DNA of 64,000 nt from Sphingomonadales bacterium (GTDB taxonomy: Bacteria > Pseudomonadota > Alphaproteobacteria > Sphingomonadales > Sphingomonadaceae). The stretch spans positions 26,388 to 90,387 of the forward strand of contig JANYGX010000010.1 of assembly GCA_025362295.1 (NCBI GenBank), in the 5' to 3' direction. Shown here piece after piece: positions 17,942 to 26,106 of this stretch (position 1 is the first letter of the stretch; each line of letters starts with the position of its first letter). The position numbers and the translations under genes were made by a program. The notes under the pieces were generated by a model. It worked only from the letters and a program-made list of their open reading frames with translations, had not been told where the DNA came from and ran no database searches.

Positions 17942-18273
17942 TGTTCGCGCTCCTGTTGTGTTATGAGAACAAGCCTGTCGAGCTTCTCGGGCGGGCGGTC
18001 GAGCGACAGGATAGACAGTTTTTTGCCGTTCCACACCACGCGCCAGCGCACATCGATATCGGGCGCATAGCGCAGCGTGATCTGGTAGCGGTTGAGGGTT
18101 GCGACACGACCGGCATAGTTTGTTTCTGCCATCGGGAGGCTTGTGACTGCAGCCCAGCGTGTATCGACACTGACCCAGCTGCGACTTTTGCCGCCGTAGC
18201 CATCTGTTGCATCGATCGCGCGTTCAAAGCGCACCCGCTGCCACATGGTGCCGGAAAATTCTCCATTGCTCAT
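17938..18273 (-). CDS. GTA g7-like head closure / head-tail adaptor protein
   Basis: Start trimmed to MSNGEFSGTMWQRVRFERAIDATDGYGG...WAAV...YQITLRY (SPP1 gp16/HK97 gp9-like). GGGG Shine-Dalgarno 8-9 nt upstream. Confidence 0.7.
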   Translation of the reverse strand: MSNGEFSGTMWQRVRFERAIDATDGYGGKSRSWVSVDTRWAAVTSLPMAETNYAGRVATLNRYQITLRYAPDIDVRWRVVWNGKKLSILSLDRPPEKLDRLVLITQQEREQ

Positions 18274-18284
18274 GTTGAACGCCC

Positions 18285-18830
18285 CTATGCCAGACGCAGG
18301 CGTTTGTAGGGCCGCCACAGCGCTGAGGCAGCAAGCGCAAGCCCCGCCGTTTGCGGCTCGTCGCGGTGGCTGTAAAGATGCACCGCCTGACGAATAATGC
18401 CAAGCCGCAACGCTTCAGCAAGGCCGTTCCAATCGCTGGCCATACCAGCGATGTAGTCAAGGGTGATGCGCGACAACGGCAAGGGTGCCACAGCCAGTTT
18501 CACTGTGGCTTCATCGTTCATATCCGTGCTGACTTGCACAGTTGGCAGTGCAACCGCAGTAGTCACCCCAAGTGGATCGAGCAGGGTGAGAGCCACAAGA
18601 CTGATAAAGGGTGCCTTACCAAGCGCTATGGTCTGCAGGGCAACCCTGTTTTCACGCCACACGCTGGAGAGCAGAACCAGACCCGTAAAATCTTCTGCCT
18701 GGGCAAGGGCTGCACGCAGCAAACCGCTTAACAGGGCATCATCATCGGCCGTGTCGATGCGCAGATAGGCTTTCAGTTCTGACAGCAGCGTGGCTGGCAA
18801 AACCGCTGGCTGTATAAGCGTCATGGTCAT
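18285..18830 (-). CDS. GTA g6-like head-tail connector (gp6 family)
   Basis: Start trimmed to MTMTLIQPAVLPATLLSELKAYLRIDTADDDALLSGLLRAALAQAEDFTG. ATGA overlap with the preceding gene's stop. Confidence 0.75.
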   Translation of the reverse strand: MTMTLIQPAVLPATLLSELKAYLRIDTADDDALLSGLLRAALAQAEDFTGLVLLSSVWRENRVALQTIALGKAPFISLVALTLLDPLGVTTAVALPTVQVSTDMNDEATVKLAVAPLPLSRITLDYIAGMASDWNGLAEALRLGIIRQAVHLYSHRDEPQTAGLALAASALWRPYKRLRLA

Positions 18831-19111
18831 CAGCGTAACTCCACACGCACAGAGAGCGAGCGCGTTTCCGCGCGGCCATCGCTGAACACCACATGATTGG
18901 CAATGTGATACAAATGCCCAGCAACACCGCCGATCATGGTGGCGGTGGTTTTTGTTGTTGTGAAACTTTGTGTTTGCACGGCAAGGCCACCGGGTTCGGT
19001 TGGCATAACACTCCATGCGCTGGTGGTGAGTGTCTGCACATCGAGATACCCCGCTGCCCAGTCAATGGCATAATCCAGCACCGCATCCGGCGCTTTCAGA
19101 TAGGTGGACAT
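18830..19111 (-). CDS. Small phage virion-associated protein (IDW-motif family; function unknown)
   Basis: 93 aa. MSTYLKAPDAVLDYAIDWAAGYL...ANHVVFSDGRAETRSLSVRVELR, translationally coupled to g6. I only vaguely recognise the family as phage fibre/adaptor-like. Confidence 0.5.
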   Translation of the reverse strand: MSTYLKAPDAVLDYAIDWAAGYLDVQTLTTSAWSVMPTEPGGLAVQTQSFTTTKTTATMIGGVAGHLYHIANHVVFSDGRAETRSLSVRVELR

Positions 19112-19186
19112 GTGTGTGGTCCTTTATGTGTTGGGTTGAAAATAATTGAGGGGCTGCAAAAAGCCATAACTGCCATATGGATTGCC

Positions 19187-19561
19187 CTAAACCGGGTTGG
19201 CGATTTCCACATCCCATGCGGTGATGTTGACTGTGCCGCCGGTTGTCAGCGCCTGTGCCGTGCTTGTGGTCACGTAGAGCAACCGTTGCCCGGTGACATC
19301 CAATAGGGCCACGTGCGTGGCAGACCCTGCAGTGAGCACCGGCACGGCTGTTTTTGCCGCTATGGTTGCCCGCCTGCCGCTGGTGACACCAGCTGCCAGT
19401 ATGAAATCAGCCGTTGCCATCACAACCTCGGCAAGCTTCATCGTGGTGTTGGCATCGGTGTAGGTGAGCGGTTGTGCTGAACACACCACCATTTTTGTTA
19501 CATTGGTTTTGAGCACAGTGAGAGCGCCATCGAGCACATCGGTGCTGACTGATTTGGCCAT
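19187..19561 (-). CDS. Hypothetical phage structural-module protein
   Basis: 124 aa, Thr/Ala/Val-rich (likely beta-rich). Same strand and tight spacing with its neighbours. No family recognised. Confidence 0.45.
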   Translation of the reverse strand: MAKSVSTDVLDGALTVLKTNVTKMVVCSAQPLTYTDANTTMKLAEVVMATADFILAAGVTSGRRATIAAKTAVPVLTAGSATHVALLDVTGQRLLYVTTSTAQALTTGGTVNITAWDVEIANPV

Positions 19562-19579
19562 GGGATTTTCCTTTTTGGG

Positions 19580-20110
19580 TTATGAAAATGATACGGGGGT
19601 AACACGGGGTTGGCGCAACACCGGTTGCAGGCGCGGATCAACAGAGGCGATTTGCAGGCGCTGATCCTTACTGGCTGGCGTGACGTGCGCACGCGCTATG
19701 AGTATGAGTGCGACAAGTGCATTGGTCGCACTGCTGGTATGTTTACTGCTGGCAGCATTGAGTGACCACATTGGCAACAGCGCTGTCGATGTGGACATGA
19801 TGCCATGCAGTGCGCTTGATGCTTGCAGGGTATAAACACTATTGAGGACCGGCAATTGAGCCGTTTGGTCGTGCCTGGCAAACGTAACCGTTGTTGTAAC
19901 ACTTGCCGAAAGCGCCGACAGGCCTGCTGCCTGGCTTGCCAGCGTGTGCCGTGCAAAATTTATTGCAAGGCTTGCTGGTGCAACGGCAGCAAGTGTGGCA
20001 GCCTGCGCGCTATGCAGGTGTTTTGCACTGGCACACGTGACAGCCACCGGCAGACCGAGACCGGCAACGCCTGCCTTGTGCGCATGTTTTGCATTGGCAG
20101 CTGTGGGCAT
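19580..20110 (-). CDS. Tandem-repeat protein (about seven repeats of ~18 residues with A-x-(A/S)-(K/R)-H cores)
   Basis: Start trimmed to MPTAANAKHAHKAG (AAGG about 10 nt upstream). Repeat cores: ANAKHAH, ASAKHLH, NFARHTL, FARHDQ, SSALHG, ASSKHT, ARAHVT. Coding status is uncertain because of GC-rich shadow ORFs on the opposite strand. Confidence 0.4.
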   Translation of the reverse strand: MPTAANAKHAHKAGVAGLGLPVAVTCASAKHLHSAQAATLAAVAPASLAINFARHTLASQAAGLSALSASVTTTVTFARHDQTAQLPVLNSVYTLQASSALHGIMSTSTALLPMWSLNAASSKHTSSATNALVALILIARAHVTPASKDQRLQIASVDPRLQPVLRQPRVTPVSFS

Positions 20111-20274
20111 GGAACGTGCCTTTGTGAGGGTGATGCGTGAAAAACGGCTAAACTTTGCTCTCTCCCCCACAAGGGGGAAGAGGCAGAGTCATTCGGTATT
20201 AATGGCACTATCGTGTGCCGCCGTGGCCGGAAGGGGAAACAGCCACGGCGGTACGTTCAACATGTCACGAGGGG

Positions 20275-21475
20275 TTATGACACATCGAATTTCATCAACT
20301 TGATCGCCTCGCTGTTGAGCACTGCGCCGCCGACGCGTTTGGTTGCATAAAACTGCACATAGGGTTTGTTGGTGAACGGATCGCGCAGGATGCGTGTGCC
20401 AACACGGTCCGCAATAATATACCCGTGATAGAAATTACCAAAAGCGATTGACAGGCTGCCGGTACCGACATCCGGCATGTCTTCCGCTTCAACCACATCG
20501 TAACCCAGTAAGGTTGGCGAGCGGCCTTCGGAAAAACTTGGTTGCCAGATGAAATGCCCGGTCGCATCCTTAAATTTACGGATGATCGAGACCGTTTTTG
20601 AATTCATCACCCAGACAGCGCCTTGTCGGTAGGTGGCGCGCAGGCTGTGCAGCAGATCGATCAGCTGTTCGGCTGGTGCTGTCGCCGAAAACCCGCCGGC
20701 AACGCCGGTGGCATTATATTGCAAGGTGCCAAAAGCCCGTGTTGCATCGGGGGTGGCGGCAATCGGGTAGGTCAGAAAACCTTTTGGTTTGGCTGTGCCG
20801 TTGCCATTGATAAACGCCGTGCCTTCCTTCTGGGCAAAGTCGCGGGCAATTTCTTCAGTGAGCCATTGTTCGACATTGAAGAACGCATCATCCAGCATGA
20901 ACTGTGTGGCGGACGGGTTGGCATAAAGATCACCCGCTGGCGGAAATTTGCGTGAACGTGGTCGCCGCTGTTGTTGGCCGTGCATCCTGCTCAGCGGCCC
21001 AGCCGGATGTGAGGCCAGACGATGCGACCAGCTTGCTATAGCCAGATGTGCCAACTTGCACATTTTGCGCGACGGCCCTCAGCGGCGATACAGCCCGCAA
21101 GCGCAATTCGATATTGGCATCGATTTGCGGGGTGACAGTGTAGCCACCTTCTGCCGGCACGCTGATATCGAGCGCTTTGGTTTGTAGCGCCTGCAAACCG
21201 GTTTCATTGCCGCGACGCAGGTATGAACCAAACGCGGCCTTCAGTTCAGGGTCTTCCTCGACAACAGCGGCTGCCGATTGCAAGGGGCGCTGGGCAGCCC
21301 GGCTGATTTTTTCCATGCGCGATTTCACCTGAATTATTTCTGCATCAATGCGGTTCAGTTTTTCATTCAGCAGCACATCGTGCCGAGCCGTATCGATGTC
21401 GTTTACAGTGTCTGCAAACGCCGTGTGCACCGCCTTCATGTCATGCGAGGCGGCTTTTGTTTCATAGGTGGTCAT
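20275..21475 (-). pseudogene. HK97-family major capsid protein (g5), interrupted by a 1-nt frameshift
   Basis: ORF 20930-21475 ends ...ARPTTAATTFTQISASG*. ORF 20275-21063 carries ...PPAGDLYANPSATQFMLDDAFFNVEQWL... to the C-terminus ...AIKLMKFDVS. Skipping one T in CAAATTTCCGCC gives the contiguous ...TFTQIPPAGDLYA... and a capsid of about 398 aa. Confidence 0.8.
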
Positions 21476-21933
21476 TGTGGTTGGTCTCCAGTTGTTGGGG
21501 TTTGTGTTGGCGGGTTTTGCACCATCAGCCGTGCCAGAGGCTGCATGGGAAACGTCACCACCGAGATTTCGACAAGCTCAAGCTCGGTGAGGATACGGAT
21601 TTTACGAAGTCTGTTGAGGCTGAACTGGCGCACTCGGTAGCCGATGGAGAGGCCGTTCAGGGCGCCGTCGCACACAAGGGCATTGGCATCAGAACCAATT
21701 TGTGCACCCGTGGTGAAATGGCCGCTAATTTTTAGGCCGCGCGTGTCTTCAGCAATGCTTTCAATCACCCCGATCGGGTTTTTGATATCATGCTGCCAGA
21801 GCAGTGGCAGAGCCTGCTTTCTGGCAAGCGCTTTTTGAAAAGCGCCAGGCATAATCACATCGCCGCCGCTGTCCGGCATAGAAAATACTGCAGCATAACC
21901 GTCGAAACGGTTTGCCGTTATTGGCATGGTCAT
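21472..21933 (-). CDS. HK97-family prohead protease (g4)
   Basis: 153 aa. FDGYAAVFSMPDSGGDVIMPGAFQKAL...LPLLWQHD...PIGVIESIAEDTRGLKISG. Overlaps the capsid start. Confidence 0.85.
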   Translation of the reverse strand: MTMPITANRFDGYAAVFSMPDSGGDVIMPGAFQKALARKQALPLLWQHDIKNPIGVIESIAEDTRGLKISGHFTTGAQIGSDANALVCDGALNGLSIGYRVRQFSLNRLRKIRILTELELVEISVVTFPMQPLARLMVQNPPTQTPTTGDQPQ

Positions 21934-21955
21934 ACATTTTCCTTGGATTATAAAT

Positions 21956-22270
21956 TCAGTGCAACAACACGTTTGGCAGGGCGCGCCACTTGATCAGCAG
22001 CAGGCAAAACACACCAATGACAGCAAGGCGAAACACCCAGCCGATCAGACTGTGGGTGATCGAGCGTTTGGCATCGCGCCAAGCGTCCAGCAAATCCCGC
22101 ACGTCGCGCAGATCCTGTGCGGCAACGGCATCCTCCAGCCCCAGGCGGGCAAGCGCCCGCGACGCCCCCAGTTCGGCTGCCTCTTCCACCAGCGCATGAA
22201 TTGTCACCACAGCAGCGCCCTCACGCGTTGCCTGATCGGCAAGCGCTGCAAGCAGGCCATGGCTGGTCAT
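21956..22270 (-). CDS. Small C-terminally membrane-anchored protein, g3.5 (rcc01685)-like in position and architecture
   Basis: 104 aa. Helical/acidic N-terminal part, then the TM helix LIGWVFRLAVIGVFCLLLI. Located between portal and protease, as g3.5 is in RcGTA. Confidence 0.5.
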   Translation of the reverse strand: MTSHGLLAALADQATREGAAVVTIHALVEEAAELGASRALARLGLEDAVAAQDLRDVRDLLDAWRDAKRSITHSLIGWVFRLAVIGVFCLLLIKWRALPNVLLH

Positions 22271-22348
22271 GATGGTTATCTTTCAGTGTTTGTAGATGAG
22301 GCTAATTTGCGAAAATGCCATCCCCGCTAAAAATCGGGAGGCATATTT

Positions 22349-22519
22349 TCAAATCGTCAGCACAACCAGCCCGTCATCCGCATCACGGATCACTGTGAAC
22401 TGATACGGCTCTTGCTGTTTTGGTTTGGGCCGGGTGATGGTGACGGTGGGCAACTCAAGTTCGCCTTTTCGCGGTGCATCCTGAACAACAGCAGCAATAC
22501 ATACAGCAATCATCATCAT
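22349..22519 (-). CDS. Possible small membrane/secreted protein
   Basis: Trimmed ORF MMMIAVCIAAVVQDAPRKGELELPTVTITRPKPKQQEPYQFTVIRDADDGLVVLTI. Supported only by position and strand. Confidence 0.3.
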   Translation of the reverse strand: MMMIAVCIAAVVQDAPRKGELELPTVTITRPKPKQQEPYQFTVIRDADDGLVVLTI

Positions 22520-22641
22520 GGCAACATCCTTAACAGAAATTTTACACCTGTTGACACGCAAGCCTTGTGCCACGCAAAATTAGTCTGCAATTTCCGACTT
22601 GAATCAGAGATATTGATTAATCGTACCAATATAATGTCAAG

Positions 22642-23850
22642 TTATCCGTCACTGATGTCTTCACGCAACATGGTTAACCCAAGCAGCTGGCGTTTTTCGG
22701 TGTCGCTGAGAAACGCCGCCGCACTCACCTGCGCCCAGACTTGCGCACGGTCAGTCGCCAGCGCTGGAATAGAATCGAGATCAATGCCGAGTTCAAGCTC
22801 TGGCCAATAGAGTTGCAACCAGCCGGAGAGGCTTGCAAGAATGCGTGTCGATAGCGGCAACAGCGTGGCGCGCCACAGCGCCTTGCTCGCCTCCTGATAG
22901 TTGCTATAGGTGGCGTCCCCCGGAATATTAAGCAGTATCGGCGGCACACCAAACGCCAGCGCAATGTCGCGCGCAGCGGCATGGCGCGAATTGATAAAAT
23001 CCATATCCGCTGGTGTCATCGACAGCGGCTGCCATTTCAGGCCGTCTTCCAGCAACAGTGGCCGCCCGGCATTGTCGGCCCCCTGAAAATGATCGGCCAT
23101 TTCACCCTTAAGCCGCGTGTACTGATCCGCCGTGAGGTTGGTTGCGCCGTCGCCGGGTTCAAACACCAGAGCCCCTGAGGGGCGTGCGGCATTCTGCAAC
23201 AATCCAAGCGTCCACTGCGCTGCAGCGTTGTGCGTTTCTATGGCAAGGGCCGCTGAATCAACCCCGCCTAGCCCGTAATGATCGTCCAGCGGATTGAACG
23301 TTTTCAGGTGCAGCAAGTCGGACCGGCCCGTGAGCGGATCGACAGCAAAATTCACCACTGTGCCCGCCACTTGATATTTGTAGGTGGCCGGCCAGCCGGT
23401 GGAACTCGCGACCACTGTCACCCGCTCTGGTCGCAGCAGATAGAGCTCCGCTGGGGCCCCGTCATGCCCCTCGACAAGTTCAATATAGGCATTGCCGTGC
23501 AACATCAGATAGCTCGCTAACGCTTCCATAAATGCCGGACCGCTTTGCGCAGCGTTGGGCTGGGCCAGCAGTTTGAGCACGGGATGCTGCGGGCTTGCCC
23601 GGCCCTGTTCCGACGCAGTGAGTTCAAGCGAGGCCAGACCGTCACTCAGCATCTGCACCGCGCGTCGCGCCACCGGATTGCGCTGGTAGCCATCGCGTGT
23701 GAGTGCCTCGTAGCCCAGCGCCCCAAAGCGCGGCAGGCCGGTTGTGAGGTAAGCCGCAAATGTCGAGCGGGATATGCTGCCACTGGGCGGCAAATTGGTG
23801 CGACTGGCTTTGGTTGCAAAACGGTGGCGCAAACGCGAGAGCAGGGTCAT
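22642..23850 (-). CDS. HK97-family phage portal protein (g3)
   Basis: 402 aa. ...YLMLHGNAYIELV...FNPLDDHYGL...LLNIPGDATYSNYQEASKALW... is typical of portal proteins. Confidence 0.9.
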   Translation of the reverse strand: MTLLSRLRHRFATKASRTNLPPSGSISRSTFAAYLTTGLPRFGALGYEALTRDGYQRNPVARRAVQMLSDGLASLELTASEQGRASPQHPVLKLLAQPNAAQSGPAFMEALASYLMLHGNAYIELVEGHDGAPAELYLLRPERVTVVASSTGWPATYKYQVAGTVVNFAVDPLTGRSDLLHLKTFNPLDDHYGLGGVDSAALAIETHNAAAQWTLGLLQNAARPSGALVFEPGDGATNLTADQYTRLKGEMADHFQGADNAGRPLLLEDGLKWQPLSMTPADMDFINSRHAAARDIALAFGVPPILLNIPGDATYSNYQEASKALWRATLLPLSTRILASLSGWLQLYWPELELGIDLDSIPALATDRAQVWAQVSAAAFLSDTEKRQLLGLTMLREDISDG

Positions 23851-23953
23851 GAGCGATGGTCCTTTGTGATCAGAAAAGTGATAGTATAGAATTTAGACAA
23901 GTGGCGCTAAGCTTTGCGAGCTCTCCCGCAAGTAGAGAGAAGTAGAAAACGAT

Positions 23954-25273
23954 TTATAATGATCTCAATTGCGGCACGGCGGCCAGTGCACCAAGCGCAA
24001 GTTCAGTCACCGCCCACACGAGCGCGTCAGCGCGGTCTGGCGAGCGCGTGGCACCGGCATAGCCGCCGCCAATCTGCAAGCCGCAAAGCTCATCCTCCAG
24101 TGCTGAAAAGGCCCGGGCATGGTGCACATGGCCGCGCTCATAGAGTGCGGCAACCGGCTCGGCGCGCGCGACCTTGCCGCGTGAGGCCCGCACCAGTTTG
24201 AGAGGCAGCACAGCGTTCTGTGCCCGTAAAACAGACCCCACCAGATCGCCACCATTGTTGACTTCCGCCACAATCCGGTCTGCACCAACGCGGGCAGCAA
24301 CATCAACAGCCACGCGCGCCCAGTGTTCTGGTGAGGCACCCTGAAGGCTTGCATCTGCCAGCACATAAACATGGCCATCGGCGGCAATGCCGGCGGCAAC
24401 AATGCCGCAGGCATCGGCTGTGGCACTGTGCGACACTGGCGGATCGACCGCCACCACAACGCGCATCAGCTCTGGCACGCTGTCCACATGGCAGGCGTCC
24501 ATCAGCGCGCGGCTGAACAGCGCGCCTTCGATATCCTCGATAAAATCACCATCGATTTCCTGGCGCCCCATTCTGGTGCCTGCATAGGCGCGCTCCAGCG
24601 ACAGCACAAAATCGGCCGGAAGCGCTGCCAGATTGTCGTGCATGCGGCCACGCGCCACGATGGTGCGCTCTGCCACCAACATTTTTTTGATAAGACCAAT
24701 CGGGCGCGGTGTGGTGGTGACGCACGCCCGCGGGTGCTTGCCCAGCCGCAAGCCCATTTGTAGGTTCATCCACACAGCCTCTGTATTGGGCCACTTCGCC
24801 AATTCATCACACCAAGCAAAATGGTGTTGCCCGCCGCGCAGGCCGTCTGCATCTTCAGCGGAATACACCAGCGCTTGTGCGCCACTTGGCCACAGCAACC
24901 GCCGACGGGAGATTTCATAGCGGGGCCGCGCATGATCAGGTGCTATGGCCATCAACCCGCTTTCACCTTCGATCATCACCTCGCGCGCTTCGTTGTAGGA
25001 AGCCGCAACCAGGGCAACACGGCAACGCGGATGCTTCGTCACACACGCCCGTATCCACTCCGCTCCCGTGCGAGTTTTGCCAAAGCCGCGACCGGCCAAC
25101 ACCAGCCAGGTGCGCCAGGTGTCATGGGCTGGCGGCAACTGATTGGGTCGTGCCCAGAAGCGCCAGTCTTTGGCCAGCGCTGCAAGCCGCTCCGGGGGCA
25201 GATCGGCAAGCACGGCACGACGCTCCGCCGCCGAAAGTGCCGACAGCTGCTGGGCAAGCGATGTTAGAGACAT
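23954..25273 (-). CDS. Terminase large subunit (g2)
   Basis: Start trimmed to MSLTSLAQQLSALSAAERRAVL (the tracked ORF has a 95-aa implausible extension). LVLAGRGFGKTRTGAEWI Walker-A-like motif. Nuclease half ...VVAVDPPVSHS...DACGIV. Confidence 0.9.
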   Translation of the reverse strand: MSLTSLAQQLSALSAAERRAVLADLPPERLAALAKDWRFWARPNQLPPAHDTWRTWLVLAGRGFGKTRTGAEWIRACVTKHPRCRVALVAASYNEAREVMIEGESGLMAIAPDHARPRYEISRRRLLWPSGAQALVYSAEDADGLRGGQHHFAWCDELAKWPNTEAVWMNLQMGLRLGKHPRACVTTTPRPIGLIKKMLVAERTIVARGRMHDNLAALPADFVLSLERAYAGTRMGRQEIDGDFIEDIEGALFSRALMDACHVDSVPELMRVVVAVDPPVSHSATADACGIVAAGIAADGHVYVLADASLQGASPEHWARVAVDVAARVGADRIVAEVNNGGDLVGSVLRAQNAVLPLKLVRASRGKVARAEPVAALYERGHVHHARAFSALEDELCGLQIGGGYAGATRSPDRADALVWAVTELALGALAAVPQLRSL

Positions 25274-25355
25274 AGTGGATACTCCTGCATGGCGGTGGGC
25301 GGCGGTATGTTCAGACATGTGGCGAACAAACGAGAGCGGAAGAAAAGCTTTGTGT

Positions 25356-25958
25356 TCACTCGCCCAAGTGTTCTGGACCGAGCCTGTTCTCAGTGACACC
25401 ATCACCATCACTCTCGCCGTCCCGTTTTGCAGCTGCCAGCCGTGCCAGTCTTGCCTCAATTTGCGTGCGCACATCGGCGGTTTCATCCACCACACCCGAA
25501 CCCACTTCAGCAAACGCCTCGGGTCGCCGGTTGCGCAGCATGAACATCGCCAGCGCATCGGAATAGTGTTTGTAGGTGCCCTCGCATTTGCCTTTGTAGA
25601 TGAGAGGTTTGTCGAGACCGTGGATCACCCGGTCGAGCAGCACGGCTTCCAGCCCATCGAGCGCCTGATTGATGGCAATGTGCCAGGCTGCAGCAAATGC
25701 CGGATTTTTACGGCGCTCCGCATAGGCATGCCACGGCGCCATGTTCATCTGCAAAGCGCTCTGGCGCACATTGGCGGTATCTGTCAGTCGCACCAGAAAT
25801 TCATGCCGGCGCTTTTCATTCCAGATGAATTTTTTGAGCGGTAGTTTTTTACCGACACGTTTTTTTACTGGTTTGGCGACCGCTGGTGATTTTTTTTTGC
25901 TTCGTATGGGCACAGCGACTTTTGCTGGTGTTTGTGTTTTTTCAGTCAATGGAAGCAC
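25356..25958 (-). CDS. Terminase small subunit-like DNA-binding protein
   Basis: 200 aa. Lys-rich N-terminus, then EKRRHEFLVRLTDTANVRQSALQMNMAPWHAYAERRKNPAFAAAWHIAINQALDGLEAVLLDR...YSDALAMFMLRNRRPEAF, the pattern recalled for alphaproteobacterial phage TerS proteins. The start (GTG 25958 or TTG 25949) is uncertain. Confidence 0.55.
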   Translation of the reverse strand: MLPLTEKTQTPAKVAVPIRSKKKSPAVAKPVKKRVGKKLPLKKFIWNEKRRHEFLVRLTDTANVRQSALQMNMAPWHAYAERRKNPAFAAAWHIAINQALDGLEAVLLDRVIHGLDKPLIYKGKCEGTYKHYSDALAMFMLRNRRPEAFAEVGSGVVDETADVRTQIEARLARLAAAKRDGESDGDGVTENRLGPEHLGE

Positions 25959-26106
25959 TCCTTCTGGTCACGTTATAATTGCGCCAACGCAATATCGATT
26001 CTGTAGCGCATGATTAATATATTGTTATTGGTGCTGTGGTATTTTCAATGAATGGGCTGTGAGGGCTCATGATTTTTTAAAATGAAACCGCACAAAGGAA
26101 CATATC

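Larger units (their letters stand above)
9070..25958 (-). mobile_element. RcGTA-like head-tail gene cluster (gene transfer agent or domesticated/defective prophage module)
   Basis: Co-linear minus-strand genes in canonical RcGTA order (TerS, TerL, portal, protease, HK97 capsid, adaptors, tail tube, g10/g10.1, short TMP, DUF2460, DUF2163/BR0599, NlpC/P60, g15-like, DUF2793). No integrase, replication or lysis genes. Flanked by core genes. Confidence 0.8.

Noticed and set aside
18285-19016. Long N-terminal extensions in the tracked ORFs. Examples: g6 to 19016, TerL to 25558, metZ to 33918, hmgA to 51906, fahA to 50561, TMP to 16365, DUF2793 to 9615.
   Set aside because: The extensions overlap upstream genes, have implausible composition, and internal Met/GTG starts coincide with the conserved family N-termini and with stop-start overlaps or Shine-Dalgarno sequences. 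Starts were trimmed accordingly.
19823-20303. Plus-strand ORFs 19823-20140 and 19944-20303, antisense to the repeat-protein region.
   Set aside because: The sequences are Cys/Arg-rich. They would be the only plus-strand genes inside a 17-kb minus-strand operon, and they span the capsid-downstream hairpins. They are considered shadow ORFs, although the coding status of this interval is genuinely uncertain.
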